From Candidatus Eiseniibacteriota bacterium (GTDB taxonomy: Bacteria; Eisenbacteria; RBG-16-71-46; JABDJR01), in NCBI GenBank assembly GCA_963762255.1, contig CAVXKA010000003.1:512001-576000 (forward strand): a stretch of 64,000 nt of DNA, given 5' to 3'. The notes beneath the pieces are model-generated. The model was not told the origin of the DNA and made no database searches. It worked only from the letters and a program-made list of their open reading frames with translations. Shown here in pieces: positions 19,052 through 28,233 of the stretch (the stretch's first letter is position 1; every line of letters begins with the position of its first letter). The position numbers were made by a program, and so were the translations under genes.

Positions 19052-20185
19052 CTAGACGAGAGCCTGGCGCAAGTCCTCGACGAGATCTTCGGCGTCCTCG
19101 CACCCCACCGAGAAGCGGATGAGGCCGTCGGTGAGCCCGACCTTGAGCCGCTCGGCTTCCGGCACCGACGCGTGGGTCATGGACGCGGGATGGCTGACCA
19201 GACTCTCGACCCCGCCCAGGCTTTCGGCCAGCGAGAAGAGCTTGAACCTGGGCAGCACGCGACGGGCCTCCTCGATGCCCCCCACGTCCGCCGACACCAT
19301 GCCGCCGAAGCCGCGCATTTGCCGCCGGGCGAGCTCGTGCTGCGGATGCGACGTGAGCCCCGGGTAGATCACGCGCTTCACGCGCGGGTGCGTCTCGAGA
19401 AATCGCGCCGCCTCCATCGCGTTGGCGTTGTGCCGCTCCATGCGCAGGGCCAGCGTCTTGATGCCGCGCAACGCCAGCCAGCAGTCGAAGGGCCCCGGCA
19501 CCGCGCCCGCCGCGTTCTGCAGGAACCGCAGTCGTGCCGCGATCGCCTCGTCGTTGGTGGCCACCACGCCGCCCACCATGTCGCTGTGCCCGTTCAGGTA
19601 CTTGGTGCTGGAGTGCACGACGATCGTCGCCCCCAGGGTCAGCGGGTTCTGAAAGTACGGGCTCATGAACGTGTTGTCGACGGCTAGCGTCACCCCGCGC
19701 GCGCGGCACACTTCCGCCACCGCGGGGATATCGCTCAGGATCATGACCGGGTTGGAGGGCGTCTCGAGGACGAGCAGCTTGGTGTTGGGACGGATCGCCC
19801 TGGCCACCGTGGCCGGGTCTTTGGTGGACACCGTGTCGTAGGCCATGCCCATCGGCTTCATGACCTTGTCCAGAAGCCGGAAGGTGCCGCCGTAGAGGTT
19901 GTCCCCCAGAAGCACGTGGTCGCCTTCGGCCATGAGCTGCACCACGGCGTGCATCGCGGCCATGCCGCTCGAGTACGCGATGCCGTGCCTGGCTTTCTCG
20001 AGAGCGGCCACGTTTCGCTCCCAGGCCTCGCGGGTCGGGTTCTGGGTGCGCGCGTATTCGTAGCCCTTGTGCTTGCCCAGCCCCTCTTGCACGTACGTCG
20101 AGGTCTGGTAGATGGGAACCATCACCGCGCCGGTGGTGGGATCCGGCGACTGCCCGGCGTGGATGGCGTCGGTGGAGAAGCCCAT
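19052..20185 (-). CDS. Cystathionine gamma-lyase/synthase (PLP)
   Basis: PIYQTSTY, YARTQNPTR, VDNTF, HSSTKYLNGHSD and AESLGGVESL. Confidence 0.93.
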   Translation of the reverse strand: MGFSTDAIHAGQSPDPTTGAVMVPIYQTSTYVQEGLGKHKGYEYARTQNPTREAWERNVAALEKARHGIAYSSGMAAMHAVVQLMAEGDHVLLGDNLYGGTFRLLDKVMKPMGMAYDTVSTKDPATVARAIRPNTKLLVLETPSNPVMILSDIPAVAEVCRARGVTLAVDNTFMSPYFQNPLTLGATIVVHSSTKYLNGHSDMVGGVVATNDEAIAARLRFLQNAAGAVPGPFDCWLALRGIKTLALRMERHNANAMEAARFLETHPRVKRVIYPGLTSHPQHELARRQMRGFGGMVSADVGGIEEARRVLPRFKLFSLAESLGGVESLVSHPASMTHASVPEAERLKVGLTDGLIRFSVGCEDAEDLVEDLRQALV

Positions 20186-20212
20186 GGTGCCTCCTGTGGC
20201 GATCGATGCGTG

Positions 20213-21589
20213 TTAGGTGGACACGAAGCTCAAGACGTCGATGCGGGTCAGTATCCCCACCGCATGGTCACCGTCGTAGGCGAGCACGGCCGGGTTGCGG
20301 TCGGCGAGGGCGCGGATCGCGGTTTTCACCGAGTCGCGCACCTCGATCCGGGGCAGCGGCGCCTCCATCACCTCGCCGGTTCGCTTCTCGAGCACCTTGG
20401 GATCCTCGAACACCAGGCGCATGAGCGCGTTCTCGTTGACCGTCCCGACGATCTTTCCCTCGCGCACCACCGGGATCACCGAGATGTCGTGGGCGCGGAT
20501 GAGATCGATCGCCTCCCGCACCGGATGCCCGGCGTCCACGGTCACCAGGGCGGGGATGGTGTGCTTCTTGGCGGAGAGCACTTCGCGCACCGCCACCGCC
20601 TCCGGCTCCAGGAAGCCGTTGTCCCGCATCCAGGCGTCGTTGTACATCTTGGAGAGGTAGCGCTCGCCGGTGTCGGGGAGGAGCACGACCGCTACGTCGG
20701 TGGGCTTCGAGTCTTTCAATGCCTTGTACGCTCCGGCCAGCGCGGAGCCGCAGGAGCCGCCGGCGAGGATGCCCTCTTCGCGCGAGAGACGACGCGCAGC
20801 CAGGAAGCTCTCCTTGTCGCCCACCTCCACGATGTCGTCGATGTACTGAAAGTGGGTGGTGGTGGGGATGATGTCCTCGCCGATGCCCTCGACCTTGTAA
20901 GGACGCGCCTCCCCCATTTGCTTGGAGTAGTAGAACGTGCGCAGTATCGAACCCTCGGGATCCACCCCGATCACCTTGACCCGGGGGTTCTTCTCTTTGA
21001 GATAGCGCCCGATCCCGCTGATCGTGCCCCCGGTGCCGATGCCGGCGATGAAATGGGTGATGTGTCCGGCCGTCTGGCGCCAGATCTCGGGGCCTGTCGT
21101 CTCGTAGTGGGCTTGCGGGTTGGACGGGTTGTGATACTGGTTGGTGTGGCAGGCGCCCGGGGTCTCGCGTACGATCCGCTCGGCCACCTTGTAGAAGGAC
21201 TCGGGGGAGTCGGGGGGGACCGCGGTCGGGGTCACCACCACCTCTGCGCCGAGGGCCTTGAGAAGGTTGATCTTCTCGAGGCTCATCTTGTCCGGCATCG
21301 TGAAGATGCCGCGGTAGCCGAGCACGGCGCAGGCCACTGCCAGCCCCACGCCGGTGTTGCCCGAGGTGCATTCCACCACGGTCCCGCCCGGCTTGAGCTT
21401 CCCATCCGCAACGGCCTGGTTGATCATCGCCACCCCGATGCGGTCCTTCACGCTCCCGCCCGGATTGAACGACTCCACCTTGGCCAGGAGGTCCGCCGCC
21501 ATGCCCTGTTTCACCCGACGCAACCGGACGAGCGGTGTGTTGCCGATCAGATCGAGGATGCTGTCCCTGACGTCCATGTCCGCGTGCAT
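20213..21589 (-). CDS. cbs: Cystathionine beta-synthase with C-terminal CBS domains
   Basis: IGNTPLV, NPGGSVKDRIG, TSGNTG, GTGGT, PYKVEGIG and YLSKMYNDAWM, plus a CBS pair. Confidence 0.9.
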   Translation of the reverse strand: MHADMDVRDSILDLIGNTPLVRLRRVKQGMAADLLAKVESFNPGGSVKDRIGVAMINQAVADGKLKPGGTVVECTSGNTGVGLAVACAVLGYRGIFTMPDKMSLEKINLLKALGAEVVVTPTAVPPDSPESFYKVAERIVRETPGACHTNQYHNPSNPQAHYETTGPEIWRQTAGHITHFIAGIGTGGTISGIGRYLKEKNPRVKVIGVDPEGSILRTFYYSKQMGEARPYKVEGIGEDIIPTTTHFQYIDDIVEVGDKESFLAARRLSREEGILAGGSCGSALAGAYKALKDSKPTDVAVVLLPDTGERYLSKMYNDAWMRDNGFLEPEAVAVREVLSAKKHTIPALVTVDAGHPVREAIDLIRAHDISVIPVVREGKIVGTVNENALMRLVFEDPKVLEKRTGEVMEAPLPRIEVRDSVKTAIRALADRNPAVLAYDGDHAVGILTRIDVLSFVST

Positions 21590-21637
21590 CGGCTCGCTCC
21601 CCCGTTGTCGTTCCCCGGAACGGTCGAAAGCCGGGTT

Positions 21638-21666
21638 ACGTTAAGCGCCCCCCGAGGGCGGGTCAA
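21638..21666 (-). promoter_or_regulatory. Sigma70-type promoter upstream of cbs
   Basis: Minus strand TTGACC-17 bp-TAACGT. Confidence 0.5.
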
Positions 21667-21694
21667 GCACCCCGGCGGCGCGGCCGGGGCCCGG

Positions 21695-21731
21695 AAACAG
21701 GAAGCCCCTCCGACCCAACGGCCGGAAGGGC
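21695..21731 (-). terminator. Intrinsic terminator after the selenoprotein cytochrome gene
   Basis: Minus strand hairpin GCCCTTCCGGCC-GTTG-GGTCGGAGGGGC followed by TTCCTGTTT. Confidence 0.6.
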
Positions 21732-21762
21732 GTCTGTGGCGAATCCACCCGACCGGAGCGGC

Positions 21763-23160
21763 CTAGTGCACCTTCGTGATCGCGGTGGTGTAGTTGAAGT
21801 TCTTGCCGAACTCCCCGGTGTGACAGTTCGCGCAGATGTCCTCGGTCGGCTTCTTCAGCATCGCCGTGGTGCCATGGAAGGTCCCCATACCGTGGCAGCT
21901 CTCGCACTGCACGTTGCGCATGTCCGCCTTGACCGCGTCCTTGGCGCCATCCTTGGCCGCCGAGGCGCCGGCATCCGTCGCGGCTGCCTGCTCGTACCCG
22001 GTGGCCTCGCCCCAGCCGGTGACGTGGCACTCCACGCACTCCTTCTGGTTCTGCTTCTTGTCCTTCACCAGGGTGTCCCACGCGCGGGCGTGCGGTGTCT
22101 GCGACCACTTGGCGAAGATGTCGCTGTGACAGCGGGCGCACATCTCGGAACCCACGTACTTCTCTGTTCCCTGATTGACCGCGGCCTTGGCCGCGTTCTT
22201 ACGCATCTCCGCTGTTTTGCGCGCGTTGAAATCGGACTCCCACTTGGTGATGACCAGATCCAGCGCGGGATCCTTCGCCACGGTCTCGCCCAGGGGCTTG
22301 CCCTCGCCGTTGTAGTCGGCGATCTTCCCGTCCGCGCCAAGGGTCAGCTCGAGCGAACAAAGGTACTGGCCGCGATTGCCGGGACGGATCACCAGAGTCT
22401 GGCCGACACGGTCGGGATTGAACTGATAGCCCGGGTTGTGGCCCACAATCACCACGTCCATGCCGGGGACCTCGTCGACGAAGCGCTTGGCATCGCCGGG
22501 GCCCTCGTGCATGAGCACCACCAGGATGTCGCACTGCCCACGAAGCTTGGGAAGCACCCGCTGGAGCGCCACCTTCGAGTCCTCAAAGGTGAAGTCGTCC
22601 TTCGTCTGCAGACCCCGGGTCACGTTGAAGTTGTAGTAGGAGCCGCCCGTCGTGCCGGTCACGCCGAAGCGCACACCCCCCTTGTCGATCACCACCGACT
22701 CCGGGAAGAGGTGCTTGCCCGACTTGTCCATCACGTTCGCCGAAACCACCTTCACCTGAGGCTGGGTGGCGAGGAGCTTCTTGAGGGCATCGACCCCCTG
22801 CATCAACTCCGCGTCCCCCGGGGTGACGGCGTCGTACTTCATCTCCCCCATCATGTCCCAGATGAACTGGGTCTTGTCCCAGGGGTTGAAGTCCTTGTTG
22901 TCGCCCCAGTTCCCGGCATCGACGACCAGGGTGGGATTCCCTTTTGCCAGATCGCTCTTGATCAAGGCCGCCCTCCGGGCGAGCCCGCCTAGTTGCTTCT
23001 TGTGTCACCCACAGGGGGACGTTTCGCCGTTGTTGGAGGCGGTGGAGAGGATCGTCGCGGTGCGCGCCTTGCTCTCGCTCCGGGCCGCCGGAAGGGCCAG
23101 CAGGAGAGCACCGACGACCGCGGTCAAGGATCCGAGCCACAGGAGTTTGCGCCAGAGCAT
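21763..23160 (-). CDS. Putative selenoprotein: UshA/5'-nucleotidase-like domain fused to a tetraheme cytochrome c (465 aa, Sec at residue 52)
   Basis: ORFs 23005-23202 and 21763-22965 are in one frame, separated only by TGA at 23005-23007 (ETSPCG-U-HKKQLGGLARRAALIK). GAGGAG RBS and a signal peptide at ATG 23160; CARCH, CVECH, CESCH and CANCH motifs. Confidence 0.85.
22963..22992 (-). promoter_or_regulatory. Candidate bacterial SECIS hairpin
   Basis: Downstream of the UGA: AGGC-GGGC-UCGCCC-GGA-GGGCGG-CCU. The G-containing apical loop starts 28 nt after the UGA. Confidence 0.6.
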
Positions 23161-23231
23161 GAAGTTTTCTCCTCGGAGCGGGATCAACGTGTGAAGCCCC
23201 ACCCAAGCCGCATGGCGGGCAGAGACGCGCG

Positions 23232-23240
23232 AGTATAGCA
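23232..23240 (-). promoter_or_regulatory. Extended -10 promoter of the selenoprotein gene
   Basis: Minus strand TGcTATACT, about 70 bp upstream of ATG 23160. Confidence 0.5.
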
Positions 23241-23344
23241 GGGTCCCGAAACCCGATGCACAGGCTATCTACCGAGGCAGTCCGGCGGGGATTCCCCGGG
23301 GAACCGCAACCGGGATCGGCGGTTCGGGCCGGAGACGGGGGAGG

Positions 23345-26300
23345 TCAGGGGAGGGCCGAGGTTATCGCGCCGAATCCGCTGTAGCCCCGCTGCCCCTGCT
23401 CGTACTTGATCTCCTGAAGGGCCTTCACGTTGATCCGGAAGTAGAAGGTCGTCTCGTCCCCCAGCTTGCTCCGGGTGAACATCGCCTCCCAGCAGTGCAG
23501 ATCCCGATGGAGGCTCAAGGATTCCCCCACGACCTTGCGCGCGGTGACGTCCAGATTGGAGTTGTAGCTCACCGACCAGTTCTTCGTGATCTGAACCCCG
23601 AACTGGCCGTTCACCGTCGTCGCCGTCTCGATCCGATCGAGGGACCGCGAACCGTTGGTCGAGAAGGTGAAACCGGCGTTCCAGGACAGGGGCCGGGCGT
23701 CCCCCTGCTGCCCCCCCATCCCGTCGAGAGCGCTCCTTCCCATATCCGCCCCTATCTGACTGTACTCGCTGGTGCTTCGGTCCGGCGCGCCCATCGACAC
23801 CCCACCTCCTCCCTCCTCCCCGCCGGGAAGCGTTCCTGAGAACCCGAACATCGCGCGTCCCTGATAGCTCGAGAACCGGAAGCGCCGGTAGGGGTCGTGG
23901 ACGGAGTTGAAGCTCAGGTCCACCCCCAGAATGCGCGGGAGATCGACACTGGAGTTCACCAGGCTCCATCCTTTCCCACCCTCGTCGGAAGCGAGAAAGT
24001 CGTAGCCGCTCGAGAGCGACCAGTTGATGAGGTCGACCTTGCGGACTTCCTCCCCGACCTTGACCTTCCCCTGGAAGCCGTTTCGCAGGCGCAGGTCGAG
24101 TCGCCGCCGCTCGAAGGAGGAGATGCCGGGGAACCGGTTGCGGCGGACCCCCGCCGTGTCCCGGTACGCGAGCCCGCTGAACTCAGGCGAGTAGGTGAGG
24201 CTTGCCGAGGGCTCCACCGTATGGCGGAGCGCAACCAGCGGACCCACCCCGCCGAAAGTCCCGTAGAACGCCGTCCCCGTCGTCAGCGAAGCCGACCACA
24301 GCGCAGCCCGACGAAAGGCCTTCACGGTGTCATCCGCGCTGAACTCGCGGTCCACCCAGTGCTCGGTGAGGTTGATCGACGGTTGAAGGTTGAATGCGTT
24401 CCAGAACCGGCGCGAGTCGCTCACGTTGAAGGTGTGCTGCGCCAGACTCGATCGCTCCTTGAGGATCTGATAGAGGGTATCGACCGGGGCGGTGAAGAGC
24501 GTGGTCTTCTCGCGTTCGGTGCGCGTGGAGGAACCGCGGGAGCTGAGCGAGTAGCGCACACTGCTCAGGAACGGGAGTCGCCCTCCCACGCCCTTCTCGT
24601 CGGCCTTCCGCCCTATCGTCCGCGAGTTCATCGAGAACGAATAACTGGGAAGGACCTCCTGAAGGAGGATCTCGTCGGTTCCGTCCCCTCGCTCCACCGC
24701 CAGGTTCTGAGTGCGGTTGGCGGTGAGGCTCAAGCTTCCTCCCCAACCGAAGCTACGCGACGCCGAGAGATCGCTCTTCAGGATCCGGTCGAGCCGCTGA
24801 CCAATGTCGGTACCGAGAGGCTCTTCAGAGCGGAAAGCGGCGGTGCGAAACTCGGGGCGGCCGGTGATGCGCCACTCGCCCAGCGTCATTTGATGGTAGC
24901 CGGTCAGGTCGTACCCACTCGAGGTCGAGCCGAGCGTACGCGCGAAGTTGACGTTGCCATCCATGAGATAGCGCTTGGCGTAACGGGCCTGTACGTGCCC
25001 CACGAAGCGCGACGGGCGCTCGGTGTAGTCCATGCTTGCGGTGAAGTCGTAGTACTCGCTCGCCGCCCAGTAGTAGCCGAGGTTGCTGAAAGAGCCCCCG
25101 GCGCTGCCGGTGAGACCGAAGTCGAAGTTGGCGGTCAGGAGACCGGACTGGCGTCCCTTGCGAATCGAGAAGACGTAGAACGGCAGCGCGAGGACCGGGA
25201 TGTCCCGGATGTAGAGAGTCACCGGCTTCGCCACCACCTTGTCCTTGAGGTAGATCCGCATGCGGTGGCTGGTGAAGTGGAAGTGGGGCGCCTTGTCGTG
25301 CTCCACGTTGTCGCAACTCGTGTAGCTCCCCCCGCGGGCAAGGAACTCGTCGTCGCCGACCTTGCGCAACCGCTCCGCATAGATGTAGCCGTCCTCGGCC
25401 TTGGTTCGCCCGCCGCCGATCGTTCCCTCGCGCGAGTCGAGGTTGTAGTCCATGCTCGCGCCCACGATATCGCGCTGCTCGCCGGGGGTCTTTTCGACCA
25501 GTACCGGCTTGTCCTCCGCCTCCAGGTAGCGGCGGTCGGTGAAGAAGCGCACCTTTCCCGCGGTGAGGGTGAGAGCGCCGTAGTCGAGTTTGGTGTTGCC
25601 GAAGAGGTCGACCACGCGGTCGTCCATCGCGTACTCCACCACGTCGGCTTCGTAGATCACCTTCTCCGCGCCGACCGACGCCGTGCGAAGCGTGTCGGAT
25701 TGGGTTGAGTCCGGGGCGCCCGGCTCGATCCCGGCAGGAATCGCGCCCGCCGTGTCGACCTCCGCGGGCAACGCGCCCGCCGTGTCGACCTCCGCGGGTG
25801 GCGCGCCGATCGAGTCGGCCGCTGCGACCGAGTCCGCGCCCTCATCGCGGAAGGCATACACCCCCTTGGCGTGCCCGCTGATTCGCACACGGTCGATGGC
25901 GCCGGCATCGAAGAAGATGGTGATGGTGTCGCCTTGGGCGGCGTTGGTGCCCGCGCCCTTCCCCGCGTCGGATGTCGCCGGGGAGTAGGTGCTGGAGGCG
26001 TTCCCGACGGTGACCACGCGCTCGGTCTCGCCGTCGACGAAGTACATGACGAGCGAGTCGCCACGCACCGTGCTGACCTCACCCACGCGCAGGCTGTCGA
26101 TCGGGGCATGGCGCACGGCCGCATGGCCGTGCACTTCGGCCCGCGTGAGCGCTTCGTCGTCGTCGAAGTGCAGGAGCAGCGTATCGCCGGTCAGCGTGCC
26201 GTCCCGCTCGAGCACGCGCGGCGCTCCGAGCAAGAGCGCGCGATGTTCCGCGCGGCGGTAGCTCGCGGAGTCGGATTGGGCGGTCACCCCGCCGCGCACG

Positions 26301-27250
26301 ACGCGGACGTTTCCCGAAGCCTCCGCGTCGCCCCCCGGCGCCACCCACAGGCGGTCGCCGGTGATGCGGGTGATGGTGCCGGTGCCGCTGGTAAGAACGA
26401 GGGCGGGAACCTCGGTGACGCGGGCGCGATCGGTGCGCAGATCGTAAATGAGACGCTCGCCGCGCAACTGAGACGCGCCGTCTTCCTCGGTGACGTAGAC
26501 GTCTCCGGTGAGAAGCACGTCGTCCCGGTTGCGCCGCCACTCGGCTTCGTTTGCGCGCATCCGCCGGTCGCCGCGCCGCCCGTGCATGTTGCCCGTCATG
26601 GTCATCACGCGTCCGGTGCGATCGTAGCTGGCGCGATCGGACCAGAGGCGAAGCGAATCGGCGGGCGAATCGACCTCGACATCCCCCTCCGCGATCAGCG
26701 TCTCCGAATCGCGCAAGTAGGTCGCGCGCGCGCTGCGCCCTCGGGTTTCGCCTTCGCTGAACGCGACCTCGCCATCGAACTCCGCTCGCCCCTCATCGAC
26801 GAGGTAGCGCGCGGTGGGCGACGTAATGGTCAGCTCGCCGTGGGTGATGACCGGATTCGTGATGTCGATGATCTGACCCTGAGGACCCGTGCTCGAGATG
26901 AGGGGATACCCGGTGATCTCCCAGAGATCGGAACTGGGGGCGGCCGTCTCCGCCGAGGCGCTGGAGTCGGCGGGAGCGGAATCGACGGGAGCGGTGACGC
27001 GGGGAGCCGCGATCGCCGCCGCGATCGAGTCGGCGGTCGCGCTGTCGGCCGGTCCGCGTTGATACGGGATCACATCCAGGTGCGGCTCGCGCTCGGGAGG
27101 CTGAAGCCCCGCGGCCAGCGGCCGCGACTCTGCGGTCGCGCTGGGGGGCGCATCGAGGGCCGAGCCGGGAGGCTCTTGGAACCAGGCGCACCCCGATAGC
27201 GCGAGAAGGCCGAGCGCCGCGGCGCCTAGGCGCGTCCGACCCCAACCCAT
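23345..27250 (-). CDS. lptD: LptD-like LPS assembly protein with extended N-terminal LptA/OstA beta-jellyroll repeats
   Basis: Lipobox LSGC; repeated OstA-like segments; GSYTSC...PHFHF, PVLALPFYVFSIRKGRQSGLL and C-terminal RDLHCWE...FYFRINVK. Confidence 0.85.
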   Translation of the reverse strand: MGWGRTRLGAAALGLLALSGCAWFQEPPGSALDAPPSATAESRPLAAGLQPPEREPHLDVIPYQRGPADSATADSIAAAIAAPRVTAPVDSAPADSSASAETAAPSSDLWEITGYPLISSTGPQGQIIDITNPVITHGELTITSPTARYLVDEGRAEFDGEVAFSEGETRGRSARATYLRDSETLIAEGDVEVDSPADSLRLWSDRASYDRTGRVMTMTGNMHGRRGDRRMRANEAEWRRNRDDVLLTGDVYVTEEDGASQLRGERLIYDLRTDRARVTEVPALVLTSGTGTITRITGDRLWVAPGGDAEASGNVRVVRGGVTAQSDSASYRRAEHRALLLGAPRVLERDGTLTGDTLLLHFDDDEALTRAEVHGHAAVRHAPIDSLRVGEVSTVRGDSLVMYFVDGETERVVTVGNASSTYSPATSDAGKGAGTNAAQGDTITIFFDAGAIDRVRISGHAKGVYAFRDEGADSVAAADSIGAPPAEVDTAGALPAEVDTAGAIPAGIEPGAPDSTQSDTLRTASVGAEKVIYEADVVEYAMDDRVVDLFGNTKLDYGALTLTAGKVRFFTDRRYLEAEDKPVLVEKTPGEQRDIVGASMDYNLDSREGTIGGGRTKAEDGYIYAERLRKVGDDEFLARGGSYTSCDNVEHDKAPHFHFTSHRMRIYLKDKVVAKPVTLYIRDIPVLALPFYVFSIRKGRQSGLLTANFDFGLTGSAGGSFSNLGYYWAASEYYDFTASMDYTERPSRFVGHVQARYAKRYLMDGNVNFARTLGSTSSGYDLTGYHQMTLGEWRITGRPEFRTAAFRSEEPLGTDIGQRLDRILKSDLSASRSFGWGGSLSLTANRTQNLAVERGDGTDEILLQEVLPSYSFSMNSRTIGRKADEKGVGGRLPFLSSVRYSLSSRGSSTRTEREKTTLFTAPVDTLYQILKERSSLAQHTFNVSDSRRFWNAFNLQPSINLTEHWVDREFSADDTVKAFRRAALWSASLTTGTAFYGTFGGVGPLVALRHTVEPSASLTYSPEFSGLAYRDTAGVRRNRFPGISSFERRRLDLRLRNGFQGKVKVGEEVRKVDLINWSLSSGYDFLASDEGGKGWSLVNSSVDLPRILGVDLSFNSVHDPYRRFRFSSYQGRAMFGFSGTLPGGEEGGGGVSMGAPDRSTSEYSQIGADMGRSALDGMGGQQGDARPLSWNAGFTFSTNGSRSLDRIETATTVNGQFGVQITKNWSVSYNSNLDVTARKVVGESLSLHRDLHCWEAMFTRSKLGDETTFYFRINVKALQEIKYEQGQRGYSGFGAITSALP
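25742..25798. repeat. 30-bp-period in-frame tandem duplication within the lptD linker (PAEVDTAGA x2)
   Basis: CGCGCCCGCCGTGTCGACCTCCGCGGG at 25742 and 25772. Confidence 0.85.
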
Positions 27251-27263
27251 GTGCGGGCCTGAT

Positions 27264-28229
27264 TCAACGAGGGGCAGTGGCCGGTTCCTCCAGGAGCAAC
27301 GCGGCCGCTCCCAAGAGCCCCGCCTCGGGGCCGAGCCCCGCCGGAAGCACCAGCGGGGGCGCGAAGCGCGCCACCAACGACCGGGCACCCAGATGCTCGC
27401 GGGCCGGATCGAGGATCCAGCCGCCCGCGAGCGCGACCCCGCCGCCGATGACGATCCGCTCCGGATTGAAGATGTTGACCAGGGTCACCAGAAGACCTCC
27501 GAGCGCGTGCCCGGCGTCGGTGAGAACCTCGCGCGCGACCGCGCTTCCGCGCCCTGCCGCTTCGCTCACCGTCCGCGACGTGAGGGGATCCGCCTGCGCG
27601 AGGAGGGGGTCGGCGGCGAATCCGACGTGCCGGCGTGCGGCCTCCACGATGTCGTTCGTCCCTACGTACCGCTCCGCGCAGCCGCGGTTCCCGCAGGCGC
27701 AGGGAATCCCGTCCAGCACCACCGTGGCGTGGCCGGGTTCGCCGGCGAATCCCTGGGCGCCGCGCACGAGAAGTCCGTCGGCGATGGCGGCGCCGCCGAT
27801 GCCGGTGCCGAGGGTAAGAAACACCGCGTTCTGCGCGCGCTCGCCAGCCCCCCATCGCCATTCGGCCAGCGCGAACGCGTTGACGTCGTTGTCGACGCGG
27901 GCGGGCATGCCGAGGCGCCGCGAGAGCCCTTCGCCGATCCGCGCGCCTTCCCACGCGGGAAGGTTGGGAGAGAATCGGATGGTGCCGGTGCGTCGATCGA
28001 TCAGTCCGGCCGAGCCGACCCCCACCCCTTCCGCCGCGTCCCATCCCGCGGCGGCGGTGAGCCGGCGCAGCGCATCGGCGACTTCGTCCAGCACCGCCTC
28101 CGGATCGCGTCCGGCGTGCCCGTGCAGGACATCGTGCGCGGCCAAGTGCGGCGCGTCGGAGATCTCCACGGCGCCGGTCTTGATCCCGGTGCCGCCGATG
28201 TCGACGGCAAGCAGGCGCCGGGGCTTCAA
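27264..28229 (-). CDS. ROK family sugar kinase (glucokinase-like)
   Basis: AVDIGGT, DNDVNAFALAE, TLGTGIGG and GEPGH...CACGNRGCAE. Confidence 0.9.
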   Translation of the reverse strand: MKPRRLLAVDIGGTGIKTGAVEISDAPHLAAHDVLHGHAGRDPEAVLDEVADALRRLTAAAGWDAAEGVGVGSAGLIDRRTGTIRFSPNLPAWEGARIGEGLSRRLGMPARVDNDVNAFALAEWRWGAGERAQNAVFLTLGTGIGGAAIADGLLVRGAQGFAGEPGHATVVLDGIPCACGNRGCAERYVGTNDIVEAARRHVGFAADPLLAQADPLTSRTVSEAAGRGSAVAREVLTDAGHALGGLLVTLVNIFNPERIVIGGGVALAGGWILDPAREHLGARSLVARFAPPLVLPAGLGPEAGLLGAAALLLEEPATAPR

Positions 28230-28233
28230 GCGC

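Noticed and set aside
23005-23007. Genome-wide UGA reassignment (Trp/Gly) as the explanation for the in-frame TGA
   Set aside because: Many genes in the window end in TGA at the expected C-terminus, often in ATGA/GTGA overlaps, and Trp is encoded by TGG.
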